A stretch of 64,000 nucleotides of DNA from Macrostomum lignano (Eukaryota). Under the pieces are notes generated by a model that was given only the letters and a program-made list of their open reading frames with translations, was not told the origin of the DNA and searched no databases. Both the position numbers and the translations under genes were made by a program. Of the stretch, positions 40,021 through 52,475 are shown piece after piece. The stretch covers positions 192,249 to 256,248 of the forward strand of contig NIVC01000751.1 of assembly GCA_002269645.1 (NCBI GenBank). The letters run 5' to 3'. Position 1 is the stretch's first letter; every line of letters starts with the position of its first letter.

Positions 40021-43000
40021 AAACTTACGTGTTGCACACGCCGACGTTTCTGTAGCTTTTTCCGCTTTTGAACCTGCTGTTGCTGCTGTTGTTGATAAGA
40101 GTTCAAGGATGTCTCATCAGCAGTCCCTGCCGAGACGTCAGCCCCGACGGTCCCAGCCGTGGCGGGCTGCTGCTGCGGGCTCCTCACCGCCCCGTAGACA
40201 GCATAGACGAGCAGCTGCGGGCTCAGCCGGATGCGCACGCTCGGCAAGCCGGCGCCACCGACGACCGACGACTTACCAAATGACGAGTTCGACTTTGATG
40301 ACGTCACTAACAGCGGCTGCTGCCGATAGGTCCATCGAACCAGCCAAGCCAGTCGATCGGCTATGGCTTGCGGACAGGCGCCGTCAGGCACGGCAATCGA
40401 TGGCACCTCTTTGCGTTGCAGTCGCTGGTGTTGCTGTTGGATCTGCTGCAACTGTTGCAGCTGTTGCAGTTGCTGCAATTCGGAACTGCGAGGAGTTGAC
40501 AGGCTGTTGCTGCGACCTCGGCCAGCCAGGTCCAGCTCCGGCTTTCTAAATCCGTAGCTAACCGGCTGCTGAGACGACTGTTGAGACGACTGCTCGTGCG
40601 ATCGTTGAGATTCGTCGGCTGTGTTGAGACTGTCCTGACTGCCGGCTTTGTTCAGGCTGCCGTGGCTGGCCGAGCGGGGCATGGCGTGGCTCGACTGCTC
40701 CGTCTGAAGGTTGACGAAATGGCGATAGGTTTTGAAACAATCCCTGCATTGATTCCCCATTGTGTCTCTAGAACTTTGGCAAAGATGTCAGTCGAAGGAC
40801 TGAAACAGTCTTCTTTCAAAGCTGACACCGATCACTGGAAAAGCACATCCCCCGGAAGCAGACACTCCGGAAGCAGACCTTCTGGAAGCAGACCCTCTCA
40901 AGACAGACACTCTGGAAGCAGACCTTGTGGAAACGGACCCTCTGGAAGCAGACACTCTGGAAGCAGACACTCTGGAAGCAGACACCCTGGAAGCAGACAC
41001 CCTGGAAGCAGACACTTTGGTGGCAGATAATCAAAAAGAAGACCCTCTGGAAGCAGACCCTCCGGAAGCAGACAATATGGAATAGAAGATAGCAATAGAA
41101 GATAGACTCACAAAAATTGGCGGCTTCTGCTTGTCGCGATGCTGCAACGAAGCTCTCGGTTTCCTTGGCGACGGTGGATTGGGCTGATGGCCCTGGTAGC
41201 TGAAGCTGCGCTGAAATACCGGATGCTGCGGCTGGGGCTGTTGCGGCTTTTGAGTCTTTTGCTTTTGCCATTCCTCCAGCCAGACAGCCTCTGCAGTGTC
41301 CAGCAGCATCGGAGATCCTTGATCACCAGAGGCGTCTTCTGTTGCCATGGCAACCGACAGGAAAGTGTCAACTAGATCTAGAAACGCCGGCTCCAATTCG
41401 TGCTGCCGACAGCCGATTGGCGGCAGGTCGAATGGCGGCGTCGGCCATTGAAACAACTCGGCTGATGCCTTCTCTGTTACCATGGCAACCGACTCGTTGC
41501 TGTCAATCGCAGTCGGCGGCGGCGGTTGCTGACTTCGCCGAAGCCGGTAATAATCAGCCAGAGTGTTGTTCGGCTGGGCGGCGTCAGCCGGCTCGTCAGA
41601 GTCGGAGTCGGGCGGGCCCAGCGGCAGCCGGGACCAGTCCTCGTCTACCAGGCGCTCCAGCCGCAGCTGAGCCACCCCGGCAAGGCTGTTGGACAGGCTT
41701 GCCAACAGATCGGCCAGTTGTCTGCGAGTGTTTCAAAATGCATTGGTGCGTACTGATAGTAGTGTAGTTCGGTGGAGCAAAAATGAACAAAGCTTTTTTG
41801 AGCTCAGTGGTCTAGCGCGGCGTGTTTGATGTGCCAGCGACCCAGGCTCGATTCCAGGTGCAGTCACATTAATTTTGGGGCTAAATTGGAATCTCGGCTT
41901 GGCTCTGCTCGTGCAATTACGGCCTTGAGGGCCAACCCCTAAGGCACAGTGAAGTGTACATGCCTAACGATAAATAAAGATAGGGCCGCTGTACACTCCT
42001 GTGTGAGTGTGTGCCTGTTCAGAAGTCGGCGGAATGGGCCGTAATGCCTCTCGCCGGTTGTGTTATAATGTCGTTCAAAGTGCACCAGGGTGCACAGTCC
42101 CTGGTCTCTTAATGAAAATTAAAAACGGCCCTTTTAGGGCAGATTTATGAGTGCATTCATACGTGTATGCAAGGAGACAATCCCAATTTTCCAAATTTCA
42201 CTCGCTTGCTTTTAGAATTTAGATAATAAGTGTTTAAATTATATACATTTCGCACATCAAAATATTATCCGCGCTTAAGATGCATAAGACGACCCCTTTA
42301 AGACTTAACTTTCAGGAATACAAACTGAAAGTAATCATTTTCTTAGGTTATGTAGAGCCTGGATTTTTTGCAAACAAAAACAGTTTTTAAACAAACTTCA
42401 AAGCCAGAAAAATTTCCCATTTTGTAAACATTTTTAATTTTAACACGAGACGAATTGCATAAAACGGCCCTTTTAAGGGCACACGAATTCCGGCGTATCT
42501 TTCAGGACGCACATGTGGTCGTGACTTCAGCTACTATTGAATATTTTTGCAGTCATATAATCTTTCCTATATAAGCTCTCTATTTTATACGAAACTTCCT
42601 TTTACCAATATCCATGGATACAGTTACGGACTAGGGATTCCAAAATCCCGACATTTTACAATCCCGGGATTGAATAGTCCCGAAATCCCGATGCTGTTGA
42701 AATCCCGGGATTCAAAATCCCGGAATCCCGGTGCTTTTGCAATCCCGGGATTCGATTCCCAAAAAAATCCCGGGATTCAAATCCCGGATTTTTGGCCCCA
42801 ATCCCGGGATCCCGGGATTGGAATCCCTATTACGGAGGCACCAATTAAAAAACACTATCAAACTTAAATCTTATCAATTTTATTACCTATCCTGCGGTAA
42901 ATCGGCCGCCAAGCCCAACAGCAGACAGTGCAGGCTGTGCCAGTCTGTGAAGAGTCCCCAGCGAGCCAGCGGCACCAAATGCAGAGTCCAGGCCAGACAA

Positions 43001-44457
43001 TCGGCAGACTTGGCTGACCAGACTGCATCGACATCGGCAGCAATGTCACCTGTTGCCGGCTGCAGAGCCAAGGCGGAGCGCTCTCTGGCCAGCAGCGACA
43101 GTCGATCGCGGCAGTGCAAAGCCCACAGGCAGCTGGCCAGGTCGCGAACCGCCGACACGCAGCTGACGGTCGACGCTCCACCGTCAAGCCGTCCTGCCGC
43201 TGCGCCACCATCGTCTTCAGCATCCGTTGACCTCAGCACGGAGGCGAACAAACCGGCACTCCGCTCCAGGTGTCTCCGCAGTTCAGGCTGGCCCAGATGT
43301 CGGCAGGCGGTGAGCAGGCTCCGGCAGTAGCGCCGGAACATGGGCGAAAGCGTGTTGGACGCGCGCAGGGACAACAGGAACAGGCGAACAATGCTCCAGA
43401 TTCGCTGGCGTTGTCCAGCTTCTGGCGACTGGTCAGCCGCTCCAGCAGTTCCCGCAGGCTGCGGGCAGTAGGCTGGCGGAGCCGGCAGGTAAGTGCCAGT
43501 TGGCACCAGAGCTGGCATCAACGACATCACCGAATGCAACTCGCGAAGAAGCCGACGAAGGAACGGCTCCAGCAGGGGTGTCTCGGTGACGCAGCCAGCC
43601 AGAAAGCAGTCTGTCAGCGCCTGCAAAGCCTCTTTGTCTGGCGTTGCCGATCGAACTGAAATATCGAAGGAAATTCGCAACGGAACAGTTAAAACGGCCC
43701 TTTTACGGACAACATATGAAATTGAAGAGTTCTTTATGGACTAATATAAGCGCTTACCATCCTGAACCACTAGTCTGTCGAATAGCAGATCCAATTTATC
43801 GGTGAGAATTTGTTGAACAGATCTTGTGCTGGTCTCATTCGACACTCGAATTGAGCTGCAATTAGTGTTAATTAATTATGTTAATTATTTATGTACTTAC
43901 AGGCACAAAGGAGATACTCCTTCGACTAACAGGTGATGTAATTAATGTAACAAGTATATAAAATCCTCCCATGTAACAAGTTTAATCTTACAGGCAAAGT
44001 ACCCAATCTAACAGGTAAAATTCCAATCTAACAGGTAAAATCCCTAATATAACAGGTAAAATCCCCAACCTAATAGGTAAAATCCCTAATCCACCAGGTG
44101 AAAAAGTTCAACATACCAGGCCAACGCGTCCCTCTGCTGCAATTCCACAGCCAGCGACCGGAGATAGGTGAGCACCAGTGCCGACTTCCAATCGGACAGC
44201 TGTCCGGTCACGTGAATAGCCTCGTCCAACAGTCCGGACACCAGGTGTAATTCTACGCATTTCTCGGCCGTCCAGCTGGCCTCAAGGCCGTCTCGGCGAA
44301 TCAGTTCAATCACGGTGGAGTGCAGAAACGGCATCCGGTTCTTGTCTGCGTTGGCGGCGAGGATGCGGAGATGTGGTTTCAGTTAATTACTAGCTAGCTG
44401 ACTGACTGACTAACTAACTAACTAACTAACTGATTAACTAACTAACTAACTAACTAG

Positions 44458-44496
<39 letters not shown>

Positions 44497-44633
44497 GCTA
44501 ACTAACTAACTAGCTAACTAACTAACTAACTAACTAACTGATTAACTAACTAACTAACTAACTAGCTAACTAACTGACTGACTGACTAACTAACTAACTA
44601 ACTAACTGATTAACTAACTAACTAACTAACTAG

Positions 44634-44688
<55 letters not shown>

Positions 44689-44774
44689 GCTAACTAACTA
44701 ACTAACTAGCTAACTAACTAACTAACTAACAAACAAACAAACAAACAAACTAACTGACTAACTAACTAACTGAT

Positions 44775-44840
<66 letters not shown>

Positions 44841-44888
44841 GCTAACTAACAAACTAACAAACAAACAAACAAACAAACTAACTAACTG

Positions 44889-44935
<47 letters not shown>

Positions 44936-44988
44936 GATTAACTAACTAACTAACTAACTAACTAACTGACTGACTAACTAACTAACTG

Positions 44989-45023
<35 letters not shown>

Positions 45024-45071
45024 GACTAACTAACTAACTGACTAACTAACTGACTAACTAACTAACTGACT

Positions 45072-45124
<53 letters not shown>

Positions 45125-45144
45125 GACTGACTAACTAACTGACT

Positions 45145-45189
<45 letters not shown>

Positions 45190-45233
45190 GACTGACTGAC
45201 TAACTAACTGACTAACTAACTAACTAACTGACT

Positions 45234-45270
<37 letters not shown>

Positions 45271-45318
45271 GACTGACTGACTAACTAACTAACTAACTAA
45301 CTAACTGACTAAACTAAA

Positions 45319-45359
<41 letters not shown>

Positions 45360-45491
45360 GACTGACTAACTAACTGACTAACTAACTAACTAACTGACTA
45401 ACTAACTAACTGACTAACTAACTAACTAACTAACAAACTAACTAACTAACTGACTGACTGACTAACTAACTAACTAACTAACTAACTGACT

Positions 45492-45532
<41 letters not shown>

Positions 45533-45647
45533 GACTAACTAACTAACTAACTAACTAACTAGCTAACTAACTAACTAACTAGCTAACTAACTAACTAACT
45601 AACAAACAAACAAACAAACTAACTAACTGACTAACTAACTAACTGAT

Positions 45648-45696
<49 letters not shown>

Positions 45697-45699
45697 GAT

Positions 45700-45772
<73 letters not shown>

Positions 45773-45845
45773 GACTGACTAACTAACTAACTAACTAACT
45801 GATTAACTAACTAACTAACTAACTAGCTAACTAACTGACTGACTG

Positions 45846-45888
<43 letters not shown>

Positions 45889-45980
45889 GACTGACTAACT
45901 AACTAACTGACTAACTAACTAACTAACTAACTGACTAACTAACTAACTGACTAACTAACTGACTAACTAACTAACTGACT

Positions 45981-46045
<65 letters not shown>

Positions 46046-46169
46046 GACTAACTAACTGACTAACTAACTAACTAACTGACTGACTAACTAACTGACTAAC
46101 TAACTAACTAACTAACAAACTAACTAACTAACTGACTGACTGACTAACTAACTAACTAACTAACTGACT

Positions 46170-46210
<41 letters not shown>

Positions 46211-46318
46211 GACTAACTAACTAACTAACTAACTAACTAGCTAACTAACTAACTAACTAGCTAACTAACTAACTAACTAACAAACTAACTAACTAACTGA
46301 CTAACTGACTAACTGACT

Positions 46319-46367
<49 letters not shown>

Positions 46368-46482
46368 GACTAACTAACTAACTAACTAACTAACTAGCTA
46401 ACTAACTAACTAACTAGCTAACTAACTAACTAACTAACAAACAAACAAACAAACTAACTAACTGACTAACTAACTAACTGAT

Positions 46483-46539
<57 letters not shown>

Positions 46540-46542
46540 GAT

Positions 46543-46603
<61 letters not shown>

Positions 46604-46672
46604 GACTGACTAACTAACTAACTAACTAACTGATTAACTAACTAACTAACTAACTAGCTAACTAACTGACTG

Positions 46673-46703
<31 letters not shown>

Positions 46704-46724
46704 GACTGACTAACTAACTAACTG

Positions 46725-46763
<39 letters not shown>

Positions 46764-46811
46764 GACTAACTAACTAACTGACTAACTAACTGACTAACTA
46801 ACTAACTGACT

Positions 46812-46864
<53 letters not shown>

Positions 46865-46912
46865 GACTGACTAACTAACTGACTAACTAACTAACTAACT
46901 GACTAAACTAAT

Positions 46913-46957
<45 letters not shown>

Positions 46958-46978
46958 GACTGACTGACTAACTAACTG

Positions 46979-47013
<35 letters not shown>

Positions 47014-47058
47014 GACTGACTAACTAACTGACTAACTAACTAACTAACTAACTGACTG

Positions 47059-47093
<35 letters not shown>

Positions 47094-47097
47094 GACT

Positions 47098-47174
<77 letters not shown>

Positions 47175-47194
47175 GACTAAACTAACTAACTAAA

Positions 47195-47243
<49 letters not shown>

Positions 47244-50200
47244 GACTAACTAACTAACTAACTGACTGACTAACTAACTGACTAACTAACTAACTAACTG
47301 ACTGACTAACTAACTGACTAACTCACTAACTAAAGCTGTCAGCTCCCTAAACGAAATAAAATCAATACAGATCTACCAACCGTTAAAGTCTGTCTCCAAC
47401 GTTGGCGGCGGTAGAGGCGCAGGCACGTGAGGCGGATTAACATACAACGGACAGTTGAGAAAGAAGGCGGCCATGAAGCGAGCCATGGACTGCACAGGAG
47501 TGGACCTGCGCCGCTGCAGCAGACTCAAACTTGGCTGACCCTCCGCAATACTTGACGACGAGAAGAATGGTTGCAGAAACAGAAACCGTTGCTGCTGCTG
47601 CTGCTGAAAGGAGCTGTTGGCAGTGTCCGAATCCTCTGAGCCCAAACCGGCCACGTGGTGCACAAGATCTAAGGCGTAGCGAAAATCACCTCTGAGCATT
47701 GAGACGTAGAGTAGAGAGTGGAGTAGCTGAGCAGCTGGCTTAGAGTGCAGCTTGCAGTCTGAAAAACATTGGAGAGTGTACTCGTGTAAATCAGTAATCT
47801 GTTTGCTTTTTTGGATGGGTACAGAATTTTGATCCAGCCTCTTCAACAGGTACATCTAATCTCTGTTCTCCTGACCTTTGGTCTGTGTTCTCCTGATCTT
47901 TGGTATCTGTTCTCCTGACCTTTGGTCTGTGCTCTCCTGACCTTTGGTCTGTGTTCTCCTGACCTTTGGTATCTGTTCTCCTGACCTTTGGTCTGTGCTC
48001 TCCTGACCTTTGGTCTGTGTTCTCCTGACCTTTGGTCTGTGTTCTCCTGACCTTTGGATTGTGTTCTCCTGACCTTTGGTCGGTGTTCTCCTGACCTTTG
48101 GTATCTGTTCTCCTGACCTTTGGTCTGTGCTCTCCTGACCTTTGGTCTGTGTTCTCCTGACCTTTGGTCTGTGTTCTCCTGACCTTTGGATTGTGTTCTC
48201 CTGACCTTTGGTCGGTGTTCTCCTGACCTTTGGTATCTGTTCTCCTGACCTTTGGTCTGTGCTCTCCTGACCTTTGGTCTGTGTTCTCCTGACCTTTGGT
48301 CTGTGTTCTCCTGACCTTTGGATTGTGTTCTCCTGACCTTTGGTCGGTGTTCTCCTGACCTTTGGTATCTGTTCTCCTGACCTTTGGCCTGTGCTCTCCT
48401 GACCTTTGGCCTGTGTTCTCCTGACCTTTGGTCTGTGTTCTCCTGACCTTTGGTCTGTGTTCTCCTGACCTTTGGTCTGTGTTCTCCTGACCTTTTGGTC
48501 TGTGCTCTCCTGACCTTTGGTCTGTGTTCTCCTGACCTTTGGCCTGTGTTCTCCTGACCTATGGCCTGTGTTCTCCTGACCTTTGGTCTGTGTTCTCCTG
48601 ACCTTTGGTCGGTGTTCTCCTGACCTTTGGTATCTGTTCTCCTGACCTTTGGCCTGTGCTCTCCTGACCTTTGGCCTGTGTTCTCCTGACCTTTGGTCTG
48701 TGTTCTCCTGACCTTTGATCTGTGTTCTCCTGACCTTTGGTCTGTGTTCTCCTGACCTTTGGTCTGTGTTCTCCTGACCTTTGGTCTGTGTTCTCCTGAC
48801 CTTTGGATTGTGTTCTCCTGACCTTTGGCCTGTGTTCTCCTGACCTTTGGATTGTGTTCTCCTGACCTTTGGATTGTGTTCTCCTGACCTTTGGTCTGTG
48901 TTCTCCTGACCTTTGGTCTGTGTTCTCCTGACCTTTGGATTGTGTTCTACTGACCTTTGGTCGGTGTTCTCCTGACCTTTGGTCTGTGTTCTCCTGACCT
49001 TTGGTCTGTGTTCTCCTGATCTTTGGTCTGTGTTCTCCTGACCTTTGGTCTGTGTTCTCCTGACCTTTGGCCTGTGCTCTCCTGGCCTTTGGCCTGTGTT
49101 TTCCTGACCTTTGGTCTGTGTTCTCCTGACCTTTGGTCTGTGTTCTCCTGACCTTTGGTCTGTGTTCTCCCTGACCTCAGTCTCTATCCTCCATGACCTC
49201 AGTCTCTATCCTCCGTGACCTCAGTCTCTATCCTTCATGACCTCAGTCTCTATCCTCCATGACTTCAGTCTCTATCCTCTATAACCTCAGTCTATATCCT
49301 ACAAGCCTCAAACCTCACCCTAAAACCGGCACGCTAGCATCATCAAACTACCAAAACTCACTTCTCGTTGCCAGTTCAGTCAGCTGCCGACGCCACTCCA
49401 CCATGGCTTCCTCGTCGCGCCCCTCAAGCAGATGCCGCTCCCCTCGGCCAATGATTTGTCCTTCGTGCTCAGGCAGATAGGAACAGCTGGCCTGTATAGC
49501 GGCCTGTATTGAGCACAAACTACTCTCAACGTCTTCATCAATCAGGCCTGTAGATTGATAGATTTTAGAGAAAAACTCGTGCAAAGTCAATCGACTAGCT
49601 AGCAGCATCTCGTCGGCTGAGCCAATCGCATTGGAAGCAGCGCTGGGGCCGCCGCCTAGCTGACGGCACAGCCTGGCTGGCAGCCAAGTGTTGGCAGCTG
49701 GCAGGTCGTGAAACGACCGAACTGGCGGCTTGGACCAGGCGTAGGTTTCAGCCAGAGACTGGGCCGCTCTTTGGACAAAGCTGAACGCTACAGCGCCGCC
49801 GTGCAGCACTGGAATGTAGTCTCGCAGGTGTTGGCTAGCAACCAGGTAAGAGGTGAACTCGGCATAGAATTTAGTCAACGGCTGGCACAGACTGAAAGTG
49901 CTCGAGTCAAATTGAGCAATTTCTAGCACAGTACCAGTCAGACTGTGCAGCTGTTCGAGCACGAATGCTAGGAAATCTTCCTGCGACAGTTCGTCCGCTT
50001 CCTCCAATGTCAGCACTAAATTGCTGGCCATGTGAAAGAAGCCCTCGAGTACCAATTCAGCCAGACGCTGCTTGTGCCGCACCGGTTTACCCCGCTCCGT
50101 GACTAACAGTCCCCAGGCTGACGTCAAGTAGAAAAGCGCCTCGCGAAAGTACGTTCCAGGATCGGTTTCGTCGCCGAATAAACTGTGCAAACCGCTGTCG

Positions 50201-52424
50201 CTGTGCTGCTGCACCGCTGTCGGGGGCAGCGGCGGCGGTAAAGGCGTTTGAAGCTGCGTCTGCTTCGACTGCTGCTTTGGTACCGATGAAGCGGCTGAAA
50301 AATTAGGTTGTGCAAGAGTCACAGATTGAATTTTATAAATGATCCATAAATGAATTTTGATGATTTATACTCGTCAGATTGAAAGCATATCGATTTTTAA
50401 CGCCTTTCAAAAAATCTGAAATATTCAACTTCAATCAGGATGTTGATACTTCGAGGAGGATGTGACACGTGGTGGCATTTGTGATTTGTGTGACACAGGA
50501 TGTGGCATTTTAATGAGGATGTGACACTTCAATGAGGATGTGACACTTCAATGAGGATGTGATACTTCAATAAGGATGTGAAACTACAATGAGGATGTGA
50601 CACTTTGATGAGGATGTGACACTTTGATGAGGATGTGACACTTTGATGAGGATGTGACACTTTGATGAGGATGTGACACTTCAATGAGGATGTGACACTT
50701 TGATGAGGATGTGACACTTCAATGAGGATGTGACACTTCAATGAGGATGTGACACTTCAATGAGGATGTGACACTTCAATGAGGATGTGACACTTCAATG
50801 AGGATGTGACACTTCAATGAGGATGTGACACTTCAATGAGGATGTGACACTTCAATGAGGATGTGACACTTCAATGAGGATGTGACACTTCAATGAGGAT
50901 GTGACACTTCAATGAGGATGTGACACTTCAATGAGGATGTGACATTTCAATGAGGATGTGACATTTCAATGAGGATGTTTACACACAGAGTCTGGTACAA
51001 GTATCACTCGCTCTCTCACCTGTCTCGGAGCCCCGCCTATTGGCAGCACTGGCAGCACCGGGATCGTCTGAATCGTCTTCCTCTTCGTCGTCTTCGTCCT
51101 CAGACGAAGATCCCAAATTTCTACTGCGATAGTCGTAATAGTAGCTTCCCGTACCGTCCTCCGCTGTGTCTGCGTCTTCTTCATCTTCTTGATGCTGCAG
51201 CTGAGGCTGCTGCTGCTGCTGCTGCGGCTGCGGCTGCGGTTGATTTGTCAAAGCCGGAGGAGGCCTCGGTGACGGCAGTGCAGACGCTGGCAGCCGTGGA
51301 GTAGCCGCCGCCGAACCAGCCCGAGAATTGTAGAGCGATCCGCCGCCGCCGCCGATGCTGCCGAAGCTGATTCGATACATCTCGCTGGCTCCCATCCTGT
51401 TTCTTGGCGTGTCGCCCGATTCCTCGTCAGCAACGCCGCGATTGTTAAACTCTCTCTCCTCATCATCGCGGTCATCAACTCTGAGCTCAGCGTCGAATCC
51501 GCTGCCGAAGCTCTCCCGGTGCCATTCTCGAACGCGGCTCATTTGATCTCGCGAGAATCGCTGACAGGCGTGCAGGCGCGGGGTGAGCACTCCGGCGGGG
51601 TCCAGCTGCAGCTGGGACAGCACCTGCTGAGCGTGCGCCACCTGTTGGCGAACCACTCCGCTGAGTCCGGCGCCAGACGAAGGGAAACGAAGCAGGGAGA
51701 CCGAGTAGCCGTCGGTCATGGCGAACAGAGGATGGCGAGGATGAGCGGACACTGAGTAGCGTTGGACGCCGTGACGGCCTGGCGAGCTGCGGCGTTGGGG
51801 GGGGAAGCGCTGTTTTTAGATTGAGCTGTTAGCCTTTGCGGGTGAAGGAGCGAATGGCAACAGATGCAGGGAGGGAGAGTGGAAGGGTGAGATACAGAGA
51901 GACTAGAGAGAGATAGAAGAAGGGTCTGAGATCCAGAGAGAGTGAAAGGGTAGAGATTCAGGGATGGTGGAAAGTCAGAGATGCAGGGAGAGAGAGAGTC
52001 GAAGGGTCTGAGATTAAGAGAGAGTGGAAGGGTCAGAGATGCAGGGAGAGAGAGTGGAAGGGTGAGATACAGAGAGACTAGAGAGAGATAGAAGAAGGGT
52101 CTGAGATCCAGAGAGAGTGAAAGGGTTAGAGATTCAGGGATGGTGGAAAGTCAGAGATGCAGGTAGAGAGAGAGTCGAAGGGTCTGAGATGCAGGGAGGG
52201 AGAGTGGAAGGGTGAGATACAGAGAGACTAGAGAGAGATAGAAGAAGGGTCTGAGATCCAGAGAGAGTGAAAGGGTTAGAGATTCAGGGATGGTGGAAAG
52301 TCAGAGATGCAGGGAGAGAGAGAGTCGAAGGGTCTGAGATTAAGAGAGAGTGGAAGGGTCAGAGATGAAGGGAGAGATAGTGGTAGGGTCCGAGATGCAG
52401 GAAGAGAGTAGAAGGGTCTGAGAT

Positions 52425-52475
<51 letters not shown>

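Noticed and set aside
44390-47332. Interstitial telomere
   Set aside because: The unit is TTAG, not TTAGGG or TTAGG.
47759-47855. ATG at 47855 as the start of a separate gene or exon
   Set aside because: Phase 0 conflicts with the exon 7 donor; the phase-1 acceptor at 47758 has a good pyrimidine tract.
51787-51812. Apparent frameshift at a G8 homopolymer before exon 6
   Set aside because: Resolved: the run is the polypyrimidine tract of the acceptor at 51786, which restores phase.
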